Of a DNA stretch of 58,846 nt, positions 1 through 9,434 are shown one piece after another. The stretch is from assembly GCA_050309765.1 (NCBI GenBank), contig JBNRMU010000058.1, positions 1-58,846 on the forward strand. Direction: 5' to 3'. Position numbers and translations under genes: made by a program. Position 1 is the first letter of the stretch. Each line of letters begins with the position of its first letter. This stretch comes from Christensenellales bacterium. Lineage in GTDB: Bacteria; Bacillota; Clostridia; Christensenellales; UBA1750. A model generated the notes under the pieces. It did not search any database and was not told where the DNA came from. It saw nothing but the letters and a program-made list of their open reading frames with translations.

Positions 1-2
1 AC

Positions 3-254
3 GCCGAGCAGGGCATGGAAGTGGTGGATCTTGCCGTGCACAGCTGCACGTTCCTGGGCAGCAACGACGCCTATGTGCTGCGCTACACCGTGCTGGATGC
101 GCAAGGCGCGCCCGCGCAGAGCGTGGAGCATTATATCGTGGAGGCCGGCAACGGCGAGCAGTACCACTTCGTATACGTGTTCGAATCCGGCTACACGGAC
201 GTGGAGCGCGAGATGCTGTACAAAGCCTCGCAGACGGTGCGGTTCAACCGCTAA
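3..254 (+). CDS. C-terminal end of a hypothetical protein (5' end lies outside the window)
   Basis: ORF track 15..254. The same frame stays open back to nt 3, so the gene probably begins upstream of the window. No motif recognised. Confidence 0.35.
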   Translation, partial: AEQGMEVVDLAVHSCTFLGSNDAYVLRYTVLDAQGAPAQSVEHYIVEAGNGEQYHFVYVFESGYTDVEREMLYKASQTVRFNR

Positions 255-355
255 GGCGCGCGATCCCGCCACAGGCGTATCTGCTGAAAAAAACCGCCGG
301 CAATTCCCTTTGTCGGCGGTTCATCTATCATCAAAAAACAAGAGGTATCCAACAA

Positions 356-1015
356 ATGAAGAAAGCTATCGGTCTGATCCTGACGTTTGTTCTTCTGCTC
401 TTTCTGATGAGCGCCTGCGCCCAAAGCGGCAGCAGCGCGCCCGCGGCCCAGTCGCAGGCGAGCGCCGACGGTAAGGCGGCCATCGACTCGCTCAAGACCA
501 TCGGCGATGCGATGGCGCTAGGCGGCGACAATACGCAGTATGCCGCCTACGGCAACTGCTTTGTCTATGCCTTTGAGTTCAGCGGCGCCTATTATCGCCT
601 GATCGCCCTTATGCCCGAGGAAACCACGACGGCCATCTTTGACCTAGACTGGAGCGACGAGGACCACGACGAAAAGCTGGAAAAGCTGGTTGCGCCCCTT
701 GCCATCGACCACATGGACAACCTGAGCGAGAACATCCCCACCCAGGCGGAAATGGACGCGCTCATCGGCAAGACCGGCGAGGAGCTGATGGCAGACGGCT
801 GGACAAGCTGGGGCTGGAACCTGGACACCCTGGAGTTTCACATGGACCACGGCGGCTACAGCTTCCTCATCGTCTTTGACGGCAGTGTGGAGGATTACGA
901 TTCCTTCGACGAATACGAGGATATAAAGACCTGGACCGTCAAGTCCATCGAGTACGAGGGCATTGGCGACGCCACCGATATCGAGCTGGACGACGACGGC
1001 AATCCCGTTTACTAG
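356..1015 (+). CDS. Hypothetical lipoprotein with acidic C-terminus
   Basis: N-terminal signal peptide with lipobox (LFLMSAC). Ser/Ala/Gln-rich linker and D/E-rich tail. A hairpin terminator follows. Confidence 0.7.
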   Translation: MKKAIGLILTFVLLLFLMSACAQSGSSAPAAQSQASADGKAAIDSLKTIGDAMALGGDNTQYAAYGNCFVYAFEFSGAYYRLIALMPEETTTAIFDLDWSDEDHDEKLEKLVAPLAIDHMDNLSENIPTQAEMDALIGKTGEELMADGWTSWGWNLDTLEFHMDHGGYSFLIVFDGSVEDYDSFDEYEDIKTWTVKSIEYEGIGDATDIELDDDGNPVY

Positions 1016-1046
1016 GGACGGGCGCCAAGGCTCCGCAAATACAATG

Positions 1047-1078
1047 AACGGCCGCAAAAGCTATGCTTTGCGGCCGTT
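1047..1078. terminator. Bidirectional intrinsic terminator hairpin
   Basis: AACGGCCGCAAA..loop..TTTGCGGCCGTT stem sits between convergent genes (356..1015 plus, 1100..1687 minus). T-rich flanks on both sides. Confidence 0.55.
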
Positions 1079-1099
1079 TCTCGTTTTGGGTCCTGCCTT

Positions 1100-1687
1100 T
1101 TACGGTGCGGGCTCTTCCTGCCGCACCACGGCGTAAACGTCCCTGCCCATTCTCCGCTTAAAATGGCTTAGCAGGCTAAGGTTCTTATCCCACTTCGCCT
1201 GGGGATAAAAGCCGTATCTGCGCCGAACGTCCTCCATGCGCGCTTGAATATCCACCACGCCTTCGCTGTCCGCCAGCGCGTCGCAAAGCTGGATCAGCCG
1301 GTCGTATTCGTCCATGTGCAGGGCGGAAAGCGCGTCGCGCAGCAGCTTTGATTCCTCCGGCGTTACGTCAAAGCGCCCCACATACTCCTCCAGCACGCCG
1401 TTGTTGAAGGAGTGCGAAAGACACACGCGCGCTGCCTCATCGTAACCAAGGGAGAGCATGTAGCGGTAGCCGTCCAGGACATGGCCCAAATGCCGCACGC
1501 CGAACCTGCGGCCGATATCGTGCAAAAGGCCGAGGATATAGGCCTTGTCCGCGTCCAGATCGGCGCAGTTGCTCGCGATGCGCTCCGCGCAGCGGGCTGC
1601 CACGCGGCTGTGCTCGCCCCAGGGGCCCGGGTTGCGGCTTTCCGCCTCCAGCAGCAACCGTTCCGCCTCCTCGCGGCTGGGCAGCAT
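1100..1687 (-). CDS. HD/HDIG-domain phosphohydrolase
   Basis: LLHDIGRRFG HD signature with a downstream His/Asp pattern; 195 aa. Confidence 0.8.
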   Translation of the reverse strand: MLPSREEAERLLLEAESRNPGPWGEHSRVAARCAERIASNCADLDADKAYILGLLHDIGRRFGVRHLGHVLDGYRYMLSLGYDEAARVCLSHSFNNGVLEEYVGRFDVTPEESKLLRDALSALHMDEYDRLIQLCDALADSEGVVDIQARMEDVRRRYGFYPQAKWDKNLSLLSHFKRRMGRDVYAVVRQEEPAP

Positions 1688-1764
1688 GCTCTCGTCCTCC
1701 TTTGCAAACGATTTTATGTCTTTTCAGTATAGTCGTCTGCTTCGTATGCGTCAAACAGCGTGCC

Positions 1765-2142
1765 TTACACAAAGGGGATCGTGCCCAGCACTTCGCCCGT
1801 CTGCGCGTCCGCCGCACAGCGGACATTGTCGAAAAGGAGAAGGAGATCGTCCGCGTCCAGCGCGATATCCGCGGCTTCGGTCTTATTCGTCACCGCGCTC
1901 ATCCTTTCCTCACCCAGGCGGATCGCGCGGCGAAACTCACCTGTCTCGTAGCCAAGTGCCGCGGCGTAGGCCGCGCAAGTATCGATCACTTCCTGCGAAA
2001 CCGCGACCGAGGGCTCGCTTATAAAGTCATCCCCGCCGTCGCCCGTAAAGGGCCCGCCGTCCGCTGCCGGCGACGTCTGCGCCGCGCAGGCGGTAAGGAT
2101 GAGCACGACCGCCATCACAAATACAGGCGCTGCCTTCCTCAT
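1765..2142 (-). CDS. Hypothetical small lipoprotein
   Basis: Start moved to ATG at 2142 (AGGAGGA 7 nt upstream). MRKAAPVFVMAVVLILTAC is a signal peptide with lipobox. Confidence 0.6.
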   Translation of the reverse strand: MRKAAPVFVMAVVLILTACAAQTSPAADGGPFTGDGGDDFISEPSVAVSQEVIDTCAAYAAALGYETGEFRRAIRLGEERMSAVTNKTEAADIALDADDLLLLFDNVRCAADAQTGEVLGTIPFV

Positions 2143-2210
2143 AGTGTATTCCTCCTTTTGCTCTTTACCCATAGACGGCAAGGCGGAACAAAAGGTTCCA
2201 AAGCAATACG

Positions 2211-2237
2211 AAAAGCGCCGCAGCTGCGGCGCTTTTT
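2211..2237 (-). terminator. Intrinsic terminator after pyrH
   Basis: Palindrome AAAAGCGCCGCAG/CTGCGGCGCTTTT lies immediately downstream of the pyrH stop. Confidence 0.55.
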
Positions 2238-2247
2238 GCGTTTTGTT

Positions 2248-2991
2248 CTATCTATGCGGCCCCACATAGGTGCCGACCCTTTCGCCGCACACGGCGCGGA
2301 TCAGGTTGTCGGGGTCCTTTAAGCCAAAGCAGAGGATGGGCATCTTATTGTCCATACAAAGGGTCAGGGCGGTGGAGTCCATCACGGTCAGGCCCCGCTC
2401 CAGCACCTCCATATAGGTGATGTCCGTCAGCTTCTTGGCGTCCTTGACGATACGCGGATCGGCGTCGTAGATGTAGTCGGTGTTCTTGGCCAGCAGCAGG
2501 GCCTGGGCGCCGATCTCGGTGGCACGCAGGGCGGCGGCGGTATCCGTGGTGAAAAACGGGCTGCCCGTGCCGCAGGCGAAGATGACCACGTTGCCCTTTT
2601 CCAGCTGATGCACGGCGCGGCGCTGGATGAAGGGTTCGGCGATCTGGCGCATCTCGATGGCGGTCTGCACGCGCACCTCCACATCCTTGCCGTTTTCCAG
2701 CGCGCCGCGGCCCAGGCGCTCCACAGCGTCCTGAATGGCCAGGGCGTTGATGACCGTGGCCAGCATGCCCATATAATCGGCGGTGACGCGATTCATATCG
2801 CTGGAAGCGCCCTCGCGGCCGCGCCAGATGTTGCCCGCGCCCACGACCAGCGCCACCTGCACGCCCATCTTGGCCAGGGCAATGACGCGGGAAGCCACGG
2901 ACTCGATGGTGGCGGGTTCAAAGCCCTTGCCGTCCTTGCCCAAGGCCTCGCCGGAAAGCTTGATGAGTACTCGTTTGTACGCAGGTTTCAT
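2248..2991 (-). CDS. pyrH: UMP kinase
   Basis: [19 protein letters not shown]-terminus and amino-acid kinase fold motifs. Start placed at ATG 2991 by comparison with the usual PyrH N-terminus. Follows tsf as usual. Confidence 0.93.
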   Translation of the reverse strand: MKPAYKRVLIKLSGEALGKDGKGFEPATIESVASRVIALAKMGVQVALVVGAGNIWRGREGASSDMNRVTADYMGMLATVINALAIQDAVERLGRGALENGKDVEVRVQTAIEMRQIAEPFIQRRAVHQLEKGNVVIFACGTGSPFFTTDTAAALRATEIGAQALLLAKNTDYIYDADPRIVKDAKKLTDITYMEVLERGLTVMDSTALTLCMDNKMPILCFGLKDPDNLIRAVCGERVGTYVGPHR

Positions 2992-3038
2992 GGCGACAAC
3001 TGCTCCTTCCATGCACGTGTCCCTACTTTCGCAAAAAA

Positions 3039-3067
3039 GGGGCTGTGAAAACGGGATTCACAGCCCC
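3039..3067 (-). terminator. Intrinsic terminator after tsf
   Basis: GGGGCTGTGAA..loop..TTCACAGCCCC stem, followed by a T-run on the minus strand. Confidence 0.6.
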
Positions 3068-3082
3068 TTTTTGTATTTTTAC

Positions 3083-3736
3083 TTAGGCCTTGGCAGTCTG
3101 GGCTGCCACTTCCTCGGCGAAGTTGTCCTGGCGCTTTTCCAGGCCCTCGCCCATCTCATAGCGCACGAAGCGGCGGATCTTGACGTTCTCGCCGGTCTTC
3201 TGGATGCGGTCGGTCACATACTGGGCAATGGTCATATCGGTGTCCTTAACGAACTGCTGGTCCAGCAGGCAGTTGTCCTTATAGAACTTTTCCACGCGGC
3301 CCTCGACCATGCGCTCGATGATCTTTTCGGGCTTGCCTTCGTTGCGGGCCTGGGCGCGCAGGATCTCGCGCTCCTTCTCCAGCACCTCGGCGGGAACCTC
3401 TTCGCGGGACAGATAAGCGGGATTGGCGGCGGCGATGTGCATGGCCACGTCGCGCACAAAGGACTTGAACTCCGGGGTCTTGGCCACGAAGTCGGTCTCG
3501 CAGTTGACTTCGACCATAACGCCGATCTTGCCGCCCATGTGGATGTAGCTTTCCACAATGCCTTCGGCAGCGATGCGGCTGCCCTTCTTGGCGGCGGAGG
3601 CGATGCCCTTTTCGCGCAGGATCTCAACGGCGCGGTCCATATTGCCATCGGCCTCGGTGAGGGCCTTTTTGCAGTCCATCATGCCGACACCGGTCATCTC
3701 GCGAAGGGTCTTGACGTCGCTAGCGGAAATTGCCAT
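3083..3736 (-). CDS. tsf: Translation elongation factor Ts
   Basis: N-terminal UBA-like segment [19 protein letters not shown] and an EF-Ts core. Located between rpsB and pyrH. Confidence 0.95.
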   Translation of the reverse strand: MAISASDVKTLREMTGVGMMDCKKALTEADGNMDRAVEILREKGIASAAKKGSRIAAEGIVESYIHMGGKIGVMVEVNCETDFVAKTPEFKSFVRDVAMHIAAANPAYLSREEVPAEVLEKEREILRAQARNEGKPEKIIERMVEGRVEKFYKDNCLLDQQFVKDTDMTIAQYVTDRIQKTGENVKIRRFVRYEMGEGLEKRQDNFAEEVAAQTAKA

Positions 3737-3783
3737 AGGAATATACCTCCAAACTGTGGTGAAAATGCGGGAAACTTCTTAAA

Positions 3784-4566
3784 TTATTCGCTGACCTCGG
3801 GGGCGGCGGCCTCTTCGGCGGCGGGCGCTTCCGCGGCGGCCTCGACGGCGGGCTGGGCCTCAGATGCGGGCTCCTCGGTATCCTCGCCCTGGTGGCCTTC
3901 CAGGATGGCGTCGGCCATCTTGCCGGCGATCAGCTTCACGGCGCGGATGGCGTCGTCGTTGCCGGGGATGACATAATCGATCTCATCGGGGTCGCAGTTG
4001 GTATCCACGATGGCCACGATGGGGATATTTAGGGCGCGGGCTTCCTGCACGGCGATGCGCTCCTTGCGGGGATCGACGATGAACAGGGCGCCGGGCAGGG
4101 CCTTCATCTCGCGGATGCCGCCCAGGTTGGCGCGCAGCTTGTCGCGCTCCAGGGTGAGCTTGGCGACTTCCTTCTTGGGCAGCACGTCAAACTGGCCGTC
4201 GGCCTCCATCTTATCGATCTGGTTGAGGCGGGCGATACGGGTCTTGATGGTGCGGAAGTTGGTGAGCATGCCGCCCAGCCAGCGGTTGTTGACAAAGAAC
4301 ATGCCGCAGCGCTTGGCTTCCTGCTCCACGGATTCCTGGGCCTGCTTCTTGGTGCCCACGAACAGAACGCTCTTGCCCTCCAGGGCCAGGTCGCGGATGA
4401 ACATGTAGGCCTCATCGATCTTGCGGACAGTCTTCTGCAGGTCGATGATGTAGATGCCGTTGCGCTCTGTGAAGATGTAGGGCGCCATCTTGGGGTTCCA
4501 GCGGCGGGTCTGATGACCGAAGTGCACGCCGGCTTCCAGAAGCTGTTTCATGGAAATAACTGCCAT
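3784..4566 (-). CDS. rpsB: 30S ribosomal protein S2
   Basis: [27 protein letters not shown] is the canonical S2 N-terminus. Start at ATG 4566 with GGAGGG upstream. The tracked 316-aa ORF is an upstream in-frame extension. Ala/Glu-rich C-terminal tail. Confidence 0.95.
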   Translation of the reverse strand: MAVISMKQLLEAGVHFGHQTRRWNPKMAPYIFTERNGIYIIDLQKTVRKIDEAYMFIRDLALEGKSVLFVGTKKQAQESVEQEAKRCGMFFVNNRWLGGMLTNFRTIKTRIARLNQIDKMEADGQFDVLPKKEVAKLTLERDKLRANLGGIREMKALPGALFIVDPRKERIAVQEARALNIPIVAIVDTNCDPDEIDYVIPGNDDAIRAVKLIAGKMADAILEGHQGEDTEEPASEAQPAVEAAAEAPAAEEAAAPEVSE

Positions 4567-4680
4567 TTGGGGATTCCCTCCTTGTTGATCCTCCCCCTGC
4601 GCGAGGTGTTTTACAAAGACCAGCGGATATCCGCCACAAGCTTTGCAGCACGCAGAGGTGTGTATTTCACACTGACGAAT

Positions 4681-4709
4681 AGTATACCACGCCAATTTGC
4701 CCACCGCAA
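4681..4709 (-). promoter_or_regulatory. Putative sigma-A promoter of rpsB-tsf
   Basis: On the minus strand: TTGCGG - 17 nt - TATACT with a TGn extended -10 (TGGTATACT). Implies a leader of about 110 nt. Confidence 0.45.
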
Positions 4710-4813
4710 GGATTTTTTGCCGCGTTTGCGCCACTTTTTACAAAAGCGGAAGGGCTTTGCGGCAAAACGCGGGCAAAGGCCGCCGCGCGCCGGCACCGAT
4801 CGGCAAAATTTAA

Positions 4814-4832
4814 GGGGGCCTTGCCGGCCCCC
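4814..4832 (-). terminator. Intrinsic terminator after the radical-SAM gene
   Basis: GGGGGCC..loop..GGCCCCC stem followed by TTAAATTTT on the minus strand. Confidence 0.5.
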
Positions 4833-4840
4833 TTCTTTGC

Positions 4841-5995
4841 CTACGCGTCTTCTTTCAGTCTGCGCATGATCTCATCGGGCTTGATCCCCCTGCGGCTGAG
4901 CTGCATCACGCGCTTCATCGGCGCTTCGGCATGCGCAAAAAACATCCGCAGCCCCTCGCAAAGATAATACTGGCCCTCTTCGCCGTCCTGCGAAACGCCG
5001 AACCTGTCCTTGAGGCAGCCGCCTCCGCATACGTTCAGCCAGCGGCACGCGCGGCACTGTGCGGTCAGACGGGTTTGTTTCTGGTTGCCGAAGTCGATCT
5101 GGCGCACATCGTTTGCCAGCTGCGCAAGGGTATCGGTCCGGATGCTTCCCAGCCGATGCTCGGCGTCCACAAAATGGTCGCAGGAATAGACGCTGCCATC
5201 CTCCTCCACCACCAGCACGCGGCCGCAGGTCTGCGCCATCCAGCACAGTACCGTCCCGCCGCCCGCCCAGACAGAGGCCGTCTCGGCAAAAAGCTGCACG
5301 TCCATCCTGCCTAGATCGTTCCTAATCCATTCGTCAAACACCCGGCACAGGAACTCGCCGTATGCCTTGGGCGATACCGACTCCGGCGTAAAGCCGCCGT
5401 CCGGCCGCCGCACCACGACGGGGATGAACTGCGCCCAGCCCGTCCCCAGGTCCCTGAGCCCGCGATACACCTCCAGCGGCATCGCCGCCGAATCGCTCGT
5501 CACCGTGCACAAAAGATCGGGAAGTATGCCCGCCTTTTTCAGCAACTCCGCCACCCGCACCACGCGCTCGTAGGTACCGCTGCCCGCCCGGTCATGGCGG
5601 TTCTTGTCGTGCACCAGCTGGCACCCGTCCACGCTCAGGCCCACATCGAAACGGTTGGCCTTCAAAAAAGCGCACCACTTTTCGTTGAGCATAAGGCCGT
5701 TGGTCTGCAGGTTGTTCCACACTTCCCAGCCTTTGGGCAGGTGCCTGCCTTGCAGGCGGACAACATTCTTATAAAAATCCAGCCCCGCAATGGTCGGTTC
5801 GCCGCCGTGCCACGTAAAGGATACCACCGGCCCGGGGCTGCTCCTGATCGTCTGCACGATCAGCCGCTCCAGCACCGGTGCGCTCATCACGCCGCCGTCG
5901 TTTTCTTTTTGCAGATAGTAGCAGTAGCTGCAGTTCATGTTGCAGCGCGACCCCACGGGCTTTGCAATGACGGCAAACGGCTTGTTCCCTGCCAT
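4841..5995 (-). CDS. Radical SAM / SPASM-domain maturase, anaerobic sulfatase-maturating enzyme (anSME)-like
   Basis: CNMNCSYCYY (CxxxCxxC) near the N-terminus, GGEPT, and a Cys-rich C-terminal SPASM region (CRACRWLNVCGGGC). Collinear with clostridial anSME as I remember it. Confidence 0.85.
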   Translation of the reverse strand: MAGNKPFAVIAKPVGSRCNMNCSYCYYLQKENDGGVMSAPVLERLIVQTIRSSPGPVVSFTWHGGEPTIAGLDFYKNVVRLQGRHLPKGWEVWNNLQTNGLMLNEKWCAFLKANRFDVGLSVDGCQLVHDKNRHDRAGSGTYERVVRVAELLKKAGILPDLLCTVTSDSAAMPLEVYRGLRDLGTGWAQFIPVVVRRPDGGFTPESVSPKAYGEFLCRVFDEWIRNDLGRMDVQLFAETASVWAGGGTVLCWMAQTCGRVLVVEEDGSVYSCDHFVDAEHRLGSIRTDTLAQLANDVRQIDFGNQKQTRLTAQCRACRWLNVCGGGCLKDRFGVSQDGEEGQYYLCEGLRMFFAHAEAPMKRVMQLSRRGIKPDEIMRRLKEDA

Positions 5996-6004
5996 CTCAA
6001 CTCA

Positions 6005-6778
6005 TCATTCCTTTAGGTGCCTGTCCAGGAAGGCCAGGCATTTGTTGAACGAATCCATCGCCTGTTCCTGCCGGTACATGGGCTTATCATAGTACCATAT
6101 GCCGTGCCCGGCGCCATCGTAACGGTAGAATTCGTAGTCCTTTCCCAGCTCCTTGAGCACCGCCTCGAGCTTATCCACATCCTCGGCGGTCGGGTTTCTG
6201 TCCTCGTTTCCGAAGATGCCAAGCAGCGGACAGCTTAGCTTAGGCGCGTAAGCGATCGGCTCCACCGGGCGCGCGGGGGTCAGGTCCTCCGGCCTGCATA
6301 CCACGCCGCCGCCCCAGCAGTCCACCGCGGCGTCCACGCCGTCCAGCTGGCAGGCAGCCAGGAAGGTATGCCTTCCGCCGGAGCACATGCCGATCACGCC
6401 CGCCTTTCCGTTGCCGTGTGCCTGGTTGCGCAGGAAGCTGAGCGCCCCCTTCGTGTCGCCCATGACGCAGTCGTCCGGTACGCCGCCCGCTTCGCGGGCC
6501 CTTGCGCTGACCTCGGCAGGGGTCCCGTGGCCGAATCGCTCATAGATGTTGGGGCACAGCACGCTGTAGCCGTGCTGGGTGAATCTTCTCGCCGCCTCGC
6601 GGCAGTACTCATCCCAGCCCGGCATGTGGGGAATGAGCACCAGGCCCGGATAGGGGCCCGCGCCCAACGGACGCGAATAATACGCGCGGACGGCGTCGCC
6701 GTTGAACCCGGAAATCACGACGGTCTCGGCGATCATGCCTTCGTATTCGCCAGTGTTCAGACTGTTCCACATGTTCAT
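6005..6778 (-). CDS. Dienelactone hydrolase family protein
   Basis: Alpha/beta-hydrolase with a GMCSGG nucleophile elbow (Cys type) and a GAGHG region; 257 aa. Its stop lies 10 nt before the radical-SAM start. Confidence 0.8.
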   Translation of the reverse strand: MNMWNSLNTGEYEGMIAETVVISGFNGDAVRAYYSRPLGAGPYPGLVLIPHMPGWDEYCREAARRFTQHGYSVLCPNIYERFGHGTPAEVSARAREAGGVPDDCVMGDTKGALSFLRNQAHGNGKAGVIGMCSGGRHTFLAACQLDGVDAAVDCWGGGVVCRPEDLTPARPVEPIAYAPKLSCPLLGIFGNEDRNPTAEDVDKLEAVLKELGKDYEFYRYDGAGHGIWYYDKPMYRQEQAMDSFNKCLAFLDRHLKE

Positions 6779-6960
6779 CCCTCCGTTATTGTTTTTGCTT
6801 TTTCACCAGTTACTTATCTACATCTTACCACAACGGTGCTCCCTTTACAATTTGGCAGTGCTCGTTGACAGGAATACTCGGCAGGGCTATCATTATGGCA
6901 ACATGGATGGATTTTTCCGATGCCAAAGCGCACAAAAACGTCGATCGATGGAGGGGTCTT

Positions 6961-8220
6961 ATGAAACAGATCACTGCCGTTCTGTTGGGAGCGGGAAACC
7001 GCGGCCATTGGGCGTACGGTCCGTGGGCACTAGCGCATCCCGAGCAGTTCAAATTTATCGCCGTTGCCGAGCCGGACCCCGTCCGGCGCGAAAGGTTTTG
7101 CAAGGCGCACGACATCCCCGTCGAACGCTCCTTTGCGGACTGGAAGGAGGTTTTCTCCCTCGGCCGCATTGCCGACGCGGTCCTCATCTGCACGCAGGAC
7201 AACATGCATTTTGAGCCCACGGTGAAGGCGATCGAGCTTGGCTACCACGTGCTGCTGGAAAAGCCCATCTCGCCCAGCGCCACGGAATGCGTCGCCATCG
7301 GCGACCTGGCCGCGCAGCACCCCGACCAGGTGGTCTCTATCTGCCATGTTCTGCGCTACACGCCCTTCTTCTCCAAGATAAAGGAACTCATCTCCGCCGG
7401 CGTGATCGGCGATGTGGTCAACATGGTGCACAACGAAAACGTCTGCTTCTGGCACCAGGCGCACAGCTTCGTGCGCGGCAACTGGCGCAGCTCCACGGAA
7501 TCCAGCCCGATGATACTGGCCAAATCCTGCCACGATATGGACATCCTCCTCTGGCTGATGGGAAAGGACTGCGAAAAGGTGTCCTCCTTCGGCTCGCTCA
7601 GCTATTTCACCGCCGCCAACGCCCCCAAGGGCGCGCCACTTAGGTGCACCGACGGCTGTCCCGCCGCCGACAACTGCCCGTATGACGCCGTGCGCGTGTA
7701 CACAAGCCCGACCGTGCCGGACTTTATGCTGACCGCACTCACCGCCGATCCCTCTCCCGAAGGGCGCCGCAGGGCGCTGGAGGAGGGGCCGTACGGCCGC
7801 TGCGTGTTCCGCTGCGACAACGACGTGGTGGATCATCAGGTGGTCAATCTGCAGTTTGAGGGCGGCGCGACGGCCACCTTCAGCATGACGGCCTTTACCC
7901 ATAAGGGCGGCCGCAGCCTGCGCATCATGGGCACAAAGGGAGAGATCCGCGCGTCTTCCGACACGATGGATATAGAGGTGCGCGATTTTTTGACCGACAC
8001 CGTGACCGGCATCCATCTTCCGTCGAGCAGCGCCGGCCACGACGGCGGCGACGAGGGCATCATGGCCGATTTTGTGCGCCTCGTTGCGGATGGTCATGAG
8101 GGCCGGACCAGCGCCGGGCAGTCGGTGCAGAGCCATTTGATGGCGCTGGCCGCCGAACGCAGCCGCCTGGAAGGAAAGGTCATCACACTTTCGGAATTCG
8201 CAGACGAGTACAGAGCATAA
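6961..8220 (+). CDS. Gfo/Idh/MocA family oxidoreductase
   Basis: Start at ATG 6961 (GGAGGGG upstream). GAGNRG Rossmann motif and LLEKP motif. Confidence 0.8.
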   Translation: MKQITAVLLGAGNRGHWAYGPWALAHPEQFKFIAVAEPDPVRRERFCKAHDIPVERSFADWKEVFSLGRIADAVLICTQDNMHFEPTVKAIELGYHVLLEKPISPSATECVAIGDLAAQHPDQVVSICHVLRYTPFFSKIKELISAGVIGDVVNMVHNENVCFWHQAHSFVRGNWRSSTESSPMILAKSCHDMDILLWLMGKDCEKVSSFGSLSYFTAANAPKGAPLRCTDGCPAADNCPYDAVRVYTSPTVPDFMLTALTADPSPEGRRRALEEGPYGRCVFRCDNDVVDHQVVNLQFEGGATATFSMTAFTHKGGRSLRIMGTKGEIRASSDTMDIEVRDFLTDTVTGIHLPSSSAGHDGGDEGIMADFVRLVADGHEGRTSAGQSVQSHLMALAAERSRLEGKVITLSEFADEYRA

Positions 8221-8233
8221 TCCTGTTCGTCCG

Positions 8234-8262
8234 CCCGCCATTTTTCGATGGTGGGTTTTTTT
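8234..8262 (+). terminator. Intrinsic terminator after the oxidoreductase gene
   Basis: CCCGCCAT..loop..ATGGTGGG stem followed by TTTTTTT. Confidence 0.55.
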
Positions 8263-8273
8263 GCACAAAAATG

Positions 8274-8300
8274 CCCCGTCTGCACATATGGCAGGCGGGG
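8274..8300 (-). terminator. Intrinsic terminator after the membrane protein gene
   Basis: CCCCGCCTGC..loop..GCAGACGGGG on the minus strand, followed by CATTTTTG. Confidence 0.5.
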
Positions 8301-8327
8301 CGGTTCTTTTCCCGGGTCGTTTTTCAG

Positions 8328-9212
8328 TCAGGCGCTTTTTTCTTTCGCTTCCGGCGGCGCCGCATCGGCGCTTTGCGCCTTCTTGGGCAAAAGGCCGCGC
8401 ACGGCAAGGCCGATCAGGGCAAGGCCCAGGCTCATGTTGGCGGCGGGCAGGGTGCTGCCGCCAAGGATGCCCAGCAGGCTGCGCACAAAGCCGTCCTGCT
8501 GCATGAGGGGCCGGAACAGATCCAGCCAGAAACAAAGCTGCAAAAGGCCAAACACCAGCAGCGCCGCACCAAGCCCCTTGGACGCGGGCCTTTGCAGCAT
8601 GAATTGTGCGCCCAGCGCCGGCAGAAGCAGCAAAACATAATACAACAGGCGGTAGCCCGCGCTGTTTTGAAGCGCGGCGGCATTCTGCGCCAGATGACAG
8701 GGCCTGTCCAGCAGCAGCACGAACAGCAGCACGCCGGCGTAGAGCAGCGCACGCTTTTTGTCAAAACCCGCGCGTGCCTTCTGGACCAGCACGCTGTCGA
8801 GCATAGCAACCAGCAGCGCGCCGCACAGGGCCATGGCCAGCAGGGAAAAGTTGCGCGAATACTGCCAAAGGCGCAGACCGTATTCTTCCCACAGGATGGG
8901 CGTTGGCGTCAGGCACAGATACCACACAAGCCCCAGCAGCAGAGCAGGCAGGGCGGTCAGGGGCTTTGCCTCCCGCGGAACAAGGCCGCACAGATACAGT
9001 CCTGCGCCCAGGACAAGCCCCGCCAGAAAGTAGGGCCAGCGAACCGTGTTTTCCTCCATCAGGGCGCTGTTTTCCGCCGGCCCCCGCAAGGGAAGCGTGT
9101 CCAAAGGCGAGGCATACAGGCGGCAGCAAAAGGGCAGAACGAACAGCCCCAGGAGCAGCAGCACAGCGCCTGCGATCAAAACGGCGCGGGCGCTTTCTTT
9201 TTTCATCGTCAT
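8328..9212 (-). CDS. Hypothetical multi-pass membrane protein
   Basis: Start at ATG 9212 (GAGGAGGG 7 nt upstream). Roughly 8 hydrophobic segments and G/C-rich third codon positions. The opposite-strand ORF 8271..9302 is a low-complexity shadow. Confidence 0.6.
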   Translation of the reverse strand: MTMKKESARAVLIAGAVLLLLGLFVLPFCCRLYASPLDTLPLRGPAENSALMEENTVRWPYFLAGLVLGAGLYLCGLVPREAKPLTALPALLLGLVWYLCLTPTPILWEEYGLRLWQYSRNFSLLAMALCGALLVAMLDSVLVQKARAGFDKKRALLYAGVLLFVLLLDRPCHLAQNAAALQNSAGYRLLYYVLLLLPALGAQFMLQRPASKGLGAALLVFGLLQLCFWLDLFRPLMQQDGFVRSLLGILGGSTLPAANMSLGLALIGLAVRGLLPKKAQSADAAPPEAKEKSA

Positions 9213-9387
9213 GGCAAAGCCCTCCTCTTTGGGGTCGTGAGGAACCCAAGGCGCGACAAATGCCCAACTAGACAAGTCGTCCCATCATCTTGTTTTTTAT
9301 GATAATATTATTATGCATCAAATCGCCTGGTTTTTCAACCGTTTTCAAAACGAAACAGCAAACGTTTGCGATGTGCAGGCGCAAAAA

Positions 9388-9417
9388 CGGCCGCCCTCCC
9401 GTTTGGGAAAGCGGCCG
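9388..9417 (-). terminator. Intrinsic terminator after xth
   Basis: CGGCCGC..GGG/CCC..GCGGCCG hairpin followed by TTTTTG on the minus strand. Confidence 0.55.
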
Positions 9418-9434
9418 CCTGGCTTTTAATATGC

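Noticed and set aside
4567-4734. N-terminal extensions of tracked ORFs. Examples: rpsB 316 aa, trmFO 520 aa overlapping topA, hslV 217 aa, htpG 639 aa, scpB 229 aa, OFOR beta 295 aa, delta 106 aa.
   Set aside because: The canonical protein N-termini and good Shine-Dalgarno sequences sit at internal start codons. The extensions have no similarity to the families and often overlap the upstream gene.
6171-6179. Perfect DnaA box TTATCCACA.
   Set aside because: It is a single copy inside the dienelactone hydrolase coding sequence. There is no cluster, no AT-rich unwinding element and no dnaA/dnaN nearby.
7030-8535. Very long ORFs antisense to or overlapping the called genes. Examples: 7030..8535 (501 aa), 10051..11544 (497 aa), 21218..22699 (493 aa), 26151..27920 (589 aa), 29151..30872 (573 aa), 43716..45434 (572 aa), 50219..51904 (561 aa), 54055..55776 (573 aa).
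   Set aside because: They lie opposite genes with unmistakable conserved motifs and have Arg/Ala/Gly/His-rich low-complexity translations. They lack RBS/start context. These are the stop-codon-poor shadow frames expected in high-GC DNA.
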